Assembly (NCBI GenBank): GCA_951406725.2
Contig: OX597818.1
Location: 139,190,001-139,254,000 of the forward strand
DNA: 64,000 nt
Source: Octopus vulgaris
Taxonomy: Eukaryota
Direction of reading: 5' to 3'
Shown here: positions 11,956 through 24,234 of the stretch, one piece after another
How the letters are laid out: each line of letters opens with the position of its first letter
How positions within the stretch are numbered: the stretch's first letter is position 1
Position numbers and translations under genes: made by a program
The notes under the pieces: generated by a model
Database searches by the model: none
Told to the model about the DNA's origin: nothing
The model's input: the letters and a program-made list of their open reading frames with translations, nothing else

Positions 11956-13505
11956 TCATTCAGTAGTTTTATTTTTATAGTGTACTTACAGTTCCCTACC
12001 GAGCGCAGCTCTGTGTGCCTTGGGTATGTGCTGTGATTTGTTGTGATGCTCTGATGGTTATTGTATGGAAAGTGTTCTGCGTAGGATGTGTGCAGTGCCT
12101 AGTAGTGCAATTTTCTGTATGTTATATGTGTTTGTAAGTCCTGGTGTTTTTGTTATGTATTTGTCTGAATATTTTTTTATCATGCCTAATGCACCTACTA
12201 TGATAGGAATTGTTTCTGTTTTTAGATTCCACATTCTGGTTACCTCTATTTCCAGGTCTTTGTATTTTGAGAGTTTCTCCATTTCTTTTAGAGACACGTT
12301 GTCATCTGCCGGTATTGATACATCAATTAGAAAGCATTTTTTTTCTTCATGATCTCTGACAACTATATCTGGTCTGTTGGCCTTAATTTCTCTATCTGTG
12401 TGTATCGGCATATCCCAGAGTATGGTTGCTTTCTCGTTTTCTGTGACCTTTTCTGGTGTGTGCCTGTACCATCTTTTTTCTGTTGTTATTCCATAATGTT
12501 GGCATAGCTTCCAGTGTATGTCGGTTCCAACTCTGTCATGTCTGTGAATATATTCCTTCATAGCCAGGACTGGGCAGCTAGAGATAATATGATTTATTGT
12601 TTCTTGTCCATCTCCACATATTCTGCAGTTACTTGTTAATATTTCTTTTCATTAAATGTTTTTGGTAATTTCTGGTGAGGAGGCTTTGGTCTTGTGCTGC
12701 AATTAAAAATCCCTCTGTCTCTGCTTTGAGTCCTGAGCTTCTCAACCATTGCTGGGATTTTTCTTTGTCTATTTCTTTTGCGTTTAGTTTAGTCCAGTAT
12801 TTACCATGAAGGGGCTTTTCTTGCCATCGTTTTATCATGGTTCGTTGCTGTTCTGTTTTTAGTTTGGATTTCATTTGTTTTATAGCTTTTGTTGTTTCTT
12901 CATTTTCTTCTTCTTCTTCTTCTTCTTCTTCTTCTTCTTCTTCTTCTTCTTCTTCTTCTTCTTCTTCTTCTTCTTCTTCTTCTTCTTCTTCTTCTTCTTC
13001 TTCTTCTTCTTCTTCTTCTTCTTCTTCTTCTTCTTCTTCTTCTTCTTCTTCTTCTTCTTCTTCTTCTTCTTCTTCATATTTATTAGTTGGTATGATTTCT
13101 TGTTTGTATTTGTGAGCTTCCTTAAATACTGAGAACAGTTTTTTGTTTTGCTCGTGTTTTGCCGCTATTTGTATTAGTTTTCCTTCCTTCTGAAGTAGAT
13201 ATTTTTGCAGTCCTATGGTGGTTATTTTATAGTAGTTTTCCAGCTGTATAAGGCCTCTACCACCTTCTATACGTTGTATATATAGTCTTTCTATGTCAGA
13301 TTTTGGGTGTCATTATTTTTCTTGTTTTCCTATCTATTTTGGTCAGTTCATTTAGTGTCCAGTTAAGGATATTGTAGCTGTAACTTATAACAGGGACAGC
13401 TAAAGTGTTAATACATATTATCTTGTTTTTAGCATTGAGCTCTGTTTTTAGTATTGATCTAACTCGTCTATAATATTCTTTTTTTATTTTCTCTTTCATT
13501 TTCTC

Positions 13506-13506
<1 letters not shown>
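11956..13506 (-). mobile_element. 5'-truncated R4/Dong-like non-LTR retrotransposon (RT thumb, CCHC knuckle, RLE nuclease)
   Basis: HPKSDIERLYIQRIEGGRGL thumb motif, AAQDQSL, CRICGDGQETINHIISSC zinc knuckle, RHD, and RPDIVV...IDVSIP...KEMEKLSKYKDL nuclease. Frameshifts near 12630 and 13310. Flanked by (TAA)n on both sides. Confidence 0.9.
12905..13075 (-). repeat. (GAA)57 tract in frame within the LINE ORF
   Basis: 171 nt pure TTC run on +; minus frame reads ...PTNKY-(E)57-NEETTKAIKQMKSK. Confidence 0.9.

Positions 13507-13579
<73 letters not shown>
13507..13579. repeat. (TAA)n microsatellite at the LINE 5' junction
   Basis: Directly visible. Confidence 0.95.
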
Positions 13580-14118
13580 GTAAATAATGTAAAACATGTA
13601 CCCCAACATATCTACAGTACAATGACTGAAACAAGTAAAACATAAAAGCGAAACTTGCGCCCCCCACACACACACGCACACGCACATACACAGGCGCACA
13701 CAAAGACACGCACACATGCACACATGGGTTAGTTCAATTACTATATTAAAATGGTGTATTGAATTAGTGAAGTTAGGAAGCCCACACCTTATATCATCCG
13801 ACTATAAACTTATGGATTAGATTCCTGAACGGAACGGTACTTTGCCTCCTTGAGCAAGGCTCTTCATTTCCTCGTTGTTCTAGTCTGCTTAGCATTAAAA
13901 GAGTAACAACGTAGTGCTAGCAAAGCACATTTCTTCTTCCAGCTGTCATATCCTCGATGTTTCTGTGGGTCAAGGGAAAGACGGCTAAGATGACTGACTA
14001 TGTTCTTTCGCGATTACATAATCACCAATAGTAATTAATAAAGCATAGTTAATGCTAGATGCTATCAGATGATACCCCTTTACTAATTGGCGATGAAATT
14101 AATAATATACAAGATTTG

Positions 14119-14345
14119 TGGCGGCGAGCTGACAGAATCGTTAGCACGCTGGGTAAAAAGCCTTAGCGGCATTTCGTCCGTCTTCAAGCCCCGAGTTCAA
14201 ATTCCTCTGAGGTCGATTTACTTTTTCATTCTTTCGGGATCAATAAAATAAGTACCAGCTAAATACTGGTGTCGATGTAATCAAATTACCCTCTTACCCA
14301 CTTACCCGAAATTCCAGACCTTGTGCCAAAATGTGATACCAATAA
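14119..14345 (+). mobile_element. Family A SINE
   Basis: GGCGGCGAGCTGACAGAATCGTTAGC...GAGTTCAAATTCC...core...TGTGCCAAAA. Confidence 0.8.
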
Positions 14346-14871
14346 TCTACAGAATTTCATCAGATACAAGTATAACAGAAAGAAGGAACAAGTCCCATTC
14401 AAACGTTTCAACATCGTTAGAAATAACAACCACGGAATACGAAACCGTGACCAATAATTCATTCTCTATTGTTTCGTCGCTGTCCATTTAGTCATTCATA
14501 TTCAGTTATTCAATGTTGTCCACTAAACAATTCACCATTTCCCCAGTAACAATTTCATAAAGCTAACATTGTATTCGCCATGCCTTGAAGACTAGTTAAA
14601 GTCTGAAGGATTTACACTGATAGTAAGATTCTATAGAGAATGTTAAGGTTATTTTCTATGTTTTAGATTATATAATCCCATTTAATATTCTTCTCCATGA
14701 AATGGCTTCTGGGAACAGTTTGAATATTAACAACTGTGAACTGTCACTTACTACCATATTTGCCGGCTTATGCATATTTATGGGTTTCGTTCGGGCGTAT
14801 TTGTATACACGTTCAGTGCTTAGGTACATGAATGGGTTTTTATATCCAGTTCATATATCTGGCGGTGTTAA

Positions 14872-16130
14872 TGTACGTACGTACGTATGTATGTATGTAT
14901 GCATGTATGTATGTATGTATGTATGTATGTATGTATGTATGTATGTATGTATGTATGTATGTATGTATGTATGTATGTATGTATGTATGTATGTATGTAT
15001 GTATGTATGTATGTGTGTATGTATGTATGTATGTATGTATGTATGTATGTGTGTATGTATGTATGTATGTATGTATGTATGTGTGTGTGTATGTATGCAT
15101 GTGTGTATGTATGTATGTATGTGTGTGTATGTATGTATGTATGTATGTATGTATGTATGTATGTATGTATGTGTGTATGTATGCATGTGTGTATGTATGT
15201 ATGTATGTGTGTATGTATGTATGTATGTATGTATGTATGTATGTATGTATGTATGTATGTATGTATGTATGTATGCATGTGTGTATGTATGTATGTATGT
15301 ATGTATGTATGTATGTATGTATGTATGTATGTATGTATGTATGTATGTATGTATGTATGTATGTATGTATGTGTGTATGTATGCATGTGTGTATGTATGT
15401 ATGTATGTGTGTATGTATGTATGTATGCATGTATGTATGTATGTATGCATGTATGTATGTATGTATGTATGCATGTATGTATGTATGTATGTATGTATGT
15501 GTGTATGTATGTATGTATGTATGTATGTATGTATGTATGTGTGTATGTATGTATGTGTGTATGTATGTATGTATGTATGTATGTGTGTATGTATGTATGC
15601 ATGTATGTATGTATGTATGTATGTATGTATGCATGCATGCATGTATGTATGTATGTATGTATGTATGTATGTGTATGTATGTATGTATGTATAAATATGT
15701 GTATGTATATATGTGTGCGCGCGTATGTATGTGAGTGTGTATATATGTGTGTGTATGAACGTGTGTGGATGTATGTATGCATGCATGCATGTGTGTACGT
15801 ATGTATGAACGTATGTATGTATGCATGTTTGGATGTATGTATGTATGTATGTATATGTATGTATGTATAAGTATGTGTATGTATGTATATATGTGTGCGC
15901 GCTTATGTATGTATGTGTGTGTATATATGTGTGTGTATGAACGTGTGTGTATGTATGTATGCATGCATGCATGTGTGTACGTATGTATGAACGTATGTAT
16001 GCATGTACGTAGATATGTATGAACGTATTATAAGTGTGTATGTATGTATGTATGTATGTATGTGTGTATGTGTGTATATATGTGTGTATGTATGTATATG
16101 TATGTATGTACGTATGTGTGTATGAATACA
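14872..16130. repeat. Long degenerate (TATG)n array with a ~180 bp higher-order duplication near its 3' end
   Basis: Directly visible; block 15689-15825 recurs at ~15865-16005. Confidence 0.9.
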
Positions 16131-16256
16131 TGCATAAATGCAAGGAGGTAGGTGTACGCATGTCTATGTGTGTGTTTGTGTGTGCTTACACACATATATA
16201 TATATATATGTATGCATATATCTATATATATAGACATATATCGGATGTATATTCCC

Positions 16257-16312
<56 letters not shown>

Positions 16313-16713
16313 CATATACACACACACAACCATACATATGTATATACATATAAACGCACACTCATATATGTATGCATATATATATGTGTATTTTTGAATG
16401 TAGTATACTTGGAAATGTCTGCTTTCACGTATGACAACCGTGCAGAAGTGACATTGGCCAGAGTCTGTCTCAATTGCCACGAAAAGTGCAGAAATATGAT
16501 TACGTACGACCTGTTCTCACTCTCCTTGAATGTTTGTACCGTGCTTTCGCTAATATTTATAGATGCCTGTGGACTCACGAACAGATAAAGGCACTGTCTG
16601 TCTGTCTCCGTCAGTCTCTCTCTGTCTGTTTCTCTCCCCCCCTCTCTCTCAAACTAGAGGAGAATGAATAACAAAAACTGTTGGAGGCCGAAAGGATTGC
16701 TCCAGTTCCCATT

Positions 16714-18034
16714 TACGAGGTGGTTTCAAAAAGTTCCCGGACTAGTTCTGCAGCGCACCAGCATATGGTAGCATACGATAGACCTTCATGAAGCAGTGTG
16801 CCGAGTGACATCACTGTGTTAACGTCGTAAGTTGTGAAGTTTGTGTAAAACCGGCGAGATGGCAGAAACGTTAACACGCTGGGCGAAATGCTTCGCGGTA
16901 TTTCGTCTGCCGCTACGCTCTGAGTTCAAATTCCGCCGAGGTCGACTTTGTCTTTCATCCTTTCGGGGTCGATAAATTAAGTACCAGTTACGCACTGGGG
17001 TCGATATAATCGACTTAATCCGTTTGTCTGTCCTTGTTTGTCCTCTCTGTGTTTAGCCCCTTGTGGGTAGTAAACAAATAGGTATTTCGTCTGCCGCTAC
17101 GTTCTGAGTTCAAATTCCGCCGAGGTCGACTTTGTCTTTCATCCTTTCGGGGTCGATTAAATTAAGTACCAGTTACGCACTGGGGTCGACATAATCGACT
17201 TAATCTGTTTGTCTGTCCTTGTTTGTCCCTTCTGTGTGTAGCTCCTTGTGTGCAGTAAAGAAATATGTGAAATTTGTGTTTTTGTGATCACGTGCATGCT
17301 GTAGTCTGTGATTTTGTCATGGATAGGAACAAAGAGCCAACGCGAAATTTTGCGTTAAGCTTGGGAAGTCTGTTACAGAGACACTGAGCTTATGATGACA
17401 AGTCAATGGGTCGGCCGCAATGCTTCGAGTGACACGGGTGCTTCAAAAGCAGAAGAACGTCCCTGGAAGACGATGAGCGATCTGGAAGAGCTGCCATGAG
17501 CGTCACCCCTGGAAATGTGGTACTGTGCATCGAGAATTTGCTACTCAGGACTCAGATCGACAATCGAGAGTTCTACTGCAACGTTTTGAAGCATTTGAGG
17601 TGGTAGAACATTCGGCGAAAGCAACCGGATCTGAGGCGCGCAAAGAATTGGATACTTCACGACGACAATGCACCCCGTGAGCTCTCCTTACTCGAGAGTT
17701 TCTCGCCAAAATCAACATGGTATTGCTTCTACATCTGCCCTATTCACCAGATTTCGCACCTGCGAACTTTCATCTCTTCCTCAAGAGGAAAATGCAGTTC
17801 AAAGGTCGTCGTTTGGACACTGTCATCGAGATCAGGAGCGAATCGCAGCAGGTCCTCGACTCGATTTTGGAAAACAACTTCTAGGCCGGATTCTAAAAGT
17901 GGCAGGAATTCTAGGACCAGTGTATTACTGCGTCAGGTGACTAATACGAAGTAGATGATGTTAAAACTTAGGTAAATAAGTCATTTTTTTTATTAAACAT
18001 AATTAGGCTGGTAATCTTATGATGCCACTTCGTA
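16714..18034 (+). mobile_element. Decayed mariner transposon interrupted by a SINE
   Basis: Imperfect TIRs TA-CGAGGTGGTTTCAAAAAGTTCCCGGACTA and TAGGCTGGTAATCTTATGATGCCACTTCG-TA. Remnants KFCVKLGKS, SLEDDERSGR, NWILHDDNAP and PYSPDFAPANFHLF. Confidence 0.9.
16847..17265 (+). mobile_element. Family A SINE with body dimer (184 bp unit) and 14-bp TSD
   Basis: One head; body restarts at GGTATTTCGTCTG (16897, 17081). TSD TGTGAARTTTGTGT at 16833-16846 and 17266-17279. Confidence 0.9.
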
Positions 18035-18432
18035 CAGTCGAGTAAAGATTGTGAAGATCTTTGCTCGAAGACATACAAAGCTGTTAGGTCCAGGAATTGC
18101 ATTTACAACCTTATGATCATAAACTGGCCTCTCTAATCACTGAGCCATGCACCGTCAGAGAAGACACAGATTATTATAATCTATTATGCAAGTGATCTAC
18201 ACCTTCAGATTGCACTCTAAAGGGAACATCGTCGGAGAAAAGCTTGGTGATAGAATATATCTAAAGTGATACTCCTCAAGTGAAAAACTTATTGAGAAGG
18301 AAGTTTAACGGAAGCCTGTCAGATATTTGAGCATGTGAGCGCGCGCGTATGTATATGTGAGTGTGTCTGTGTACGTGTGTCTGTGTGTGCATGTGTGTTT
18401 ACGCTACGAAATCACCCCCACTAATCATATAT

Positions 18433-18935
18433 ACGTGGTCGGATCAAGAAGTATCCGGACAGTTGCCATAGTAACGAAGCTAAGCACGCAGCGTAAAGCC
18501 GCTTGGTATAGATTGACCTTGAACTCTGTTGTTCATGTGCACTAACGTGTAACGTCCTAGCTCACTTCCGCTGTTTACAGCAGTGCTTAGAAGGAAGGTG
18601 TGTAGTGTGCGATCGTCGCATTGACAAAGTTGAGCAGAGAATCTACATCAAATTTTGCCAAAAGTTTGGCGATACCTGCTCAGAGGCCTACGCAAAGTTT
18701 TCAAAAAGTTTTCATTGTCCAAATTTGGACAAATGCATTTTTTCAATATTCATTTTTGCTTACAATAGCCGGTTCTTTTGCTCAGACTATCGTATCTCCA
18801 GCTGGTTCAGATGCCAAGATACCAACATTTGTCAAAGTGTAGTACAACAGTTTTGTTATGAAGTGGTGAAACTATTTTTTCGTTTTATGAAAAAGCAAGG
18901 TTCTGGACTTACGATACTTTTGCATAGCAGCAACG
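18433..18935 (+). mobile_element. Mariner-derived non-autonomous element
   Basis: 5' TIR-like TA-CGTGGTCGGATCAAGAAGTATCCGGAC; remnant EQRIYIKFCQKFGDTCSEAYAK. The 3' TIR is degenerate, so the right end is uncertain. Confidence 0.65.
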
Positions 18936-18984
18936 ATATATATATAGATATATAATTCTATAATTATGATTATGAGAATTATAT

Positions 18985-19592
18985 TATCAATAATAATGAA
19001 GGGTAAAATTAATTAATTAATTAATTAATAATTAATAATTTTACCAAGTAGTTCGGTATGTTAAAAGAAACATTATCGGTAAACTTATACAAAATTCTAT
19101 AATTATGAATATAATTATAATTAGGGTTCAGCAAAAAATTTGCTTCACCACATACCGAAATTTAGAAATAGCAGTTAAAACTAACAATTTCACTACCATA
19201 AGAAAATCTCCCAGACAGCAATACTCAACAACCCACGTAGGTAAAGAGGAAAAAAAATAACGAATCCACCCGGGTTTGATTAACTGTATACGCGTTTCGG
19301 ATTTAGAGAGATGTGAAAAATGTAAAATCATATTTCTACTCTCTCATTCTCCTCTTCAGTACAGTAATTCAAGATTCTAAATTTGAGAGCACTGTAAGAA
19401 TTATGATAGTGAAATAGTTTTAACTGCTATTTCTAAATTCCGGTATGTGGTGAAGCAAATTTTTGCTGAACCCTAATCATAATTATAGAATTTTGTATAA
19501 GTTTACCGATAATGGTTCTTTTAACATACCGAACTACATGGTAAAATTATTAATTATTAATTAATTAATTTTACCTTTTATTATTATTGATA
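18985..19592 (-). mobile_element. Non-coding foldback element (arms 18985-19201 and 19401-19592) with a hammerhead in the spacer; Penelope-pLTR-like
   Basis: ~200 bp inverted arms; arm segment AATTAGGGTTCAGCAAA..ATTTGCTT.ACCACATACCGAA.TTTAGAAATAGCAG is shared with 57559-57987. Confidence 0.85.
19283..19365 (-). ncRNA. Minimal type I hammerhead ribozyme
   Basis: Minus strand: ACUGUA-CUGAAGA-GGA...UCC-GAAA-CGC-GUA-UACAGU. Perfect 6-bp stem I, G-C-closed stem II, palindromic ACGCGU stem III, GUA triplet. Confidence 0.85.
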
Positions 19593-19598
19593 TATATA

Positions 19599-19604
<6 letters not shown>

Positions 19605-19634
<30 letters not shown>

Positions 19635-19728
19635 TGTATGTATGTATGTATGTATGTATGTATGTACGTATGTATGTATGTATGCATGTATGTATGTATG
19701 TATGTATGTATGTATGTATGTATGTATG

Positions 19729-19762
<34 letters not shown>

Positions 19763-19935
19763 TGTATGTATGTATGTATGTATGTATGTATGTATGTATG
19801 TATGCATGTATGTATGTATGTATGCATGCATGTATGTATGTATGTATGTATGTATGTATGTATGTATGTATGTATGTATGTATGTATGTATGTATGTATG
19901 TATGTATGTATATATGTATGTATGTGTGTATGTAT
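19605..19935. repeat. (TATG)n microsatellite
   Basis: Directly visible. Confidence 0.95.
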
Positions 19936-20035
19936 ATATGTACACATAATTACTTATAGGATTTGTTTATCAATAAAAAACGCGTCTGAAACAGCTGTGG
20001 TGAACTATAGCCTATTTATGACGTTACCTCCCCAC

Positions 20036-20108
<73 letters not shown>

Positions 20109-20521
20109 CATGCATACACACACATACGCACTTACACACATATATATACATACATACGAAAATACACACATATACATGCATACATAAATGCATACATATA
20201 AACATTCATATATATATATATATATATAACATACATTCAGTGCAGATTCCATTACATACACAATGATATTAACGCTAGTAGCACTTGATGATTTATTTTA
20301 GCTCTTTTTCTTTTTTTCTTCTACAGATATTTTACGTATCATATTTTTCTTTTCGCGTTGTACTTTAGCCGTAATGGCGGTTAATTAATGTATTCTTGGA
20401 GATGAAATTGTCCAAAGGGTAGCATCAGATCTAAAGAGGAAACGGATGCAACTCCTCCGTTCACTGATTTTGCGATAAGCAGTACAGTTTAAAACAAATT
20501 AACCCCCCGAAACACACGCAT

Positions 20522-20575
<54 letters not shown>

Positions 20576-21082
20576 ACGCTGTGTGTATGTATGCTTGTAT
20601 GTATGCATATGTGTATGTATATATATGTATATATGTTTGTTTGTATGTGTGTGCGTGTTACACATACACAAACACATATCCATACAGACACAAGCATATA
20701 TGTAGCTGTGCGTGCGCTCGCACTCACACACTCTCACACACACACATATACGTCTATAGAAATGAATGAAGACACTTACATGTATTCATGCATGAGTTCA
20801 AATAAGTGTATGTACTGTGTGTGCACATCTATCTGCGTGCGTATGTATGCGTGTATGTGCGCATCTATGTATGCATGTATGTATGTATTTATGTACGTAC
20901 GTATGTATGCATGTATGCATATATATATATGTATAAGTAGTTGAATGAATTATCTTATTATGGATAATTCGGTTAACCGATACCTGGGTAGCAAATTCAC
21001 GTCAGAAAAACACGGTTGAAGCTACATGCCAAGGGCAGAGATCACTCCATTCTTTCATTTATATATATATATATATATATAT

Positions 21083-21283
21083 ATAGTTAATCCAAACATG
21101 AACAAAGAGAAAACACAACAACGCGAGGACATGGACCAAATATAGTGTTATTGGACTCTCAGGAAAGGAAAGAAAGAAGGATTTAACGTTTGGAGCGGAG
21201 CTCTTCGTCACAAACATAGGAAAAAGGAAAAGTCCAAGGAAGGGAAGACGGAGAAAGAAAATCGCCAACGATATACACGCGGT
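21083..21283 (-). mobile_element. Short dispersed repeat with degenerate hammerhead-like core (probable Penelope-derived end)
   Basis: Minus strand GTGACGA-A-GAGC-tcc-GCTC-CAAA-CGTT. A partial second copy lies at 31038-31125; related motifs at ~52838-52865 (+) and ~59740-59778 (-). Confidence 0.55.
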
Positions 21284-21315
<32 letters not shown>

Positions 21316-21616
21316 AATATATACATACAGTAATCCGTTTACTATCGCATGTGTTACGTTCCAAAACACCCCCACGATAGGTGAAAATCCGCGAAGTATA
21401 AACAGTATTGTACTGTATATTTTTAGAATTGTTTCTATAATTTGTATATATTTATTTTGCAAAACAACACCGCGGTGGAATGGATGTAAGCGTAAATAAT
21501 AAACCGCGATATGGCGAGGGGCTTTTTGTACAGCTGCCTTCGTCTTATGTGTTTCTCTGTAAATTTCAACTATATTTAATATAATATTATAATATAATAT
21601 AATATAATATAATATA

Positions 21617-21695
<79 letters not shown>

Positions 21696-21875
21696 ATGTG
21701 TGTGTGTGAGAGAGAAAGTTGGTGTGTGAAACCACGTGGTTGAATATATAGAAAATAGTAAAAAGTGAAAAAACTACAGAAGGCTTGTTTTAAAAGGTTA
21801 AAAAATATATTTGAGTCATTATGTCAGAAGAATGTTATAAAATTTTTTCATACAGTGACATAGTTTTTATATAGC

Positions 21876-21924
21876 AAAAACTGTCTGATGAACGGCAACG
21901 AGAAACTCAGAGTAACAGATTTTG
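21876..21924 (+). ncRNA. Minimal type I hammerhead motif
   Basis: AAAACUGU-CUGAUGA(21885-21891)-aCG GCAA CGa-GAAA(21902-21905)-CUCAGA-GUA(21912-21914)-ACAGAUUUU. Stem III is quasi-palindromic ACUC(A)GAGU; stem II is only 2 bp. Confidence 0.65.
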
Positions 21925-22019
21925 TTGAATTTTCTGCTGCTTAAAATAAAGCATATTACTCTACCACTGGTATTTGAGTACTCTTTTTCCACCTTGTTTC
22001 ACATTTATGTGTTTACTCC

Positions 22020-22039
<20 letters not shown>

Positions 22040-22052
<13 letters not shown>

Positions 22053-22479
22053 CTGTAGTTGTGTGAGTGTCTGTCCCCTTCGATTTAGATTCCTAACTAC
22101 TCCACATTTTGCGGTGCAGTTTAACCAAATTCTGGTATCTTATAGTCGTGATTCATATCGAGCCCGTCTGCGTATTAGCGCGCGTCTACGATGAGTCTAC
22201 GATTTTAAAAATAATTTAACATCATTTTTTATTTCCATTTTAATGCATAATTTTTCGTGTGTCGATGGCAGCGGAGTTGGCGTCCACGTTCACAGCTGCA
22301 CCTGTTTGCTTCTCCCCCTTCCCTCCCTCGTGAAGCTGTAGGGAAGGGAGTGTAAAGAAATCAACGTCGTAAAGCGTTGTCAAGGAGACCAGCGTTATTA
22401 TTATTATTATTATTTATTATTATCATTATTATTATTATTATTATAATTATTATTATTATTATTATTATTATTATAATTA

Positions 22480-22516
<37 letters not shown>

Positions 22517-22527
22517 CGTTATTATTA

Positions 22528-22606
<79 letters not shown>

Positions 22607-22846
22607 CGTTATTATAATCATTATTATTATAATTATTATGACTATTATTATTAATAATATTATTATAATTATTATTGTTATTAATATAATCATGATTATT
22701 ACAAAAGCGTCTACGATATTATTATTATTATCATTTTTTATTCCATTATTAATGCACTTTTTGCTATTTTTTTGCTATAACTCACTAAAAATGCTTATAT
22801 AGTTATTTCCCTTACAAACCCGAGCAACGCCGGGCGATACTGCTAG
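22040..22846 (+). mobile_element. Non-autonomous Helitron-like element with internal (ATT)n expansion
   Basis: 3' end CCCGAGCAACGCCGGG hairpin, then CGATACTG-CTAG|T. Homologous to 63203-63592. (ATT)n at ~22396-22700; the 5' end is lost in (TA)n. Confidence 0.8.
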
Positions 22847-23204
22847 TATATTATATACATACATCTATAGATATATATGTGTATATATATATTTATGCAT
22901 ATATATACATACACACACATATATACGTACATGCATACATACAATCATATACACATTCATACATACGTATGGACGTACGTACATGCATGCATGCATGCAT
23001 ACATACATGAGTGCATACACTCATACATACATACATACATACATAAATGCATACATACATACATACATACATACATACATACATACATACATACATACAT
23101 GCTTACATACATATATACATACATGCATACATCCATGCATACATACATACGTGCATGCATACATACATACAAACAAGCGTAGAAGTAGTAAAATACATTC
23201 TTTC

Positions 23205-23415
23205 CTTATTTTGGCACAAGGTTAGCCATTCCGAGGTAAGAGTTAGTTCGATTACATCGATCTCAGTGCTCATCTAGTACCTTCTTTTCATCGATTTTGA
23301 AAAGTCCCAACGGCGAAGTCGACCTCGGAAGATTTTGAACTCAGAACGTAAAGACAGACAAAATACTGCTAAGCATGCTTTTCGGAATGCTAAAGGTTCT
23401 CTCAGCTTGTCACCT
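23205..23415 (-). mobile_element. Family A SINE, degenerate
   Basis: AAGTCGACCTCGG..GATTTTGAACTCAGAACGTAAAGAC matches the reverse complement of family A. Confidence 0.7.
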
Positions 23416-23689
23416 TATTAGTTGGAAAGTATACTGAAAGCGTATAGCTCGAATAATATCTACCAAAGAACTCAATACAGTGGATGTAGTGAGTAAATAT
23501 GTCTATTATATCATGAAGTTGGCATTCCACTTAGTGTTTTATCCTGCTCTGGGTTCTTCACGTCCATGGGTATCAAATTATGATAACGTATTTTCTAAAT
23601 TCTATGCTTTAAATATGTTATTACTACCCTCCCCATTGGAAATATAAACTGTGATTTCATGCTCGATATTTATCTCCGCAGTGAACGGT

Positions 23690-23961
23690 CACAGCGTCTG
23701 TATTATAGATATGTGAGGATGTCGTAAGTAAGAAGCACAAAACGGATTCTTTGAGCCAAGCCAGCTGGCAGGAGATCTAGGGATAGACCAAAAAATAGAT
23801 GGTTGGATGATATCTATAATCTCAGTTGATCACGCTTGGGAATCCAGCTGGAAAGCTTGATGACGGTTCCTTCTGATAAAACCCTAAAGAGGGGGCAACT
23901 GAGGACTCTACTTCCATGACCCTCCCAGGAATAATAGATGGAGAAGGTGGATGGATGGATG
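23690..23961 (+). mobile_element. LINE (RTE-like) 3' end remnant
   Basis: AKPAGRRSRDRPKNRWLDDI resembles the G.R.RGRP..RW.D.I C-terminal motif; (GGAT)n tail. Confidence 0.55.
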
Positions 23962-24234
23962 TTATTGAAAGTGCCATTGAGCAAGGTAAATAAATAATTT
24001 AGCTAAGACAGCGATCAGCTTTCAACTCCCACTCAGAGCCTTTTTACTTTATTTATATCTCTAATGCAGTGCCTATAAAACAGACAAATGCTAGAACTAT
24101 TCCCTACTAGAATATTATGGAAAATTAGGTTACGTACTCTTTTTATTAATGAGAAGACGAAGGAGAATTTGTGTCTTTATAATTTTCTTTTCAGCGTCAG
24201 AGTTTCAAACCATCTTAATTATATTGATTTAAAA

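Noticed and set aside
14702-16161. Six overlapping ORFs of 300-436 aa
   Set aside because: Translations of (TATG)n, which has no stop codon in any frame; not genes. The same applies at 19561-20266, 33417-34295 and other microsatellite ORFs.
21328-21580. Possible pogo/Tigger-like MITE starting TA-CAGTAATCC
   Set aside because: No matching 3' TIR could be found.
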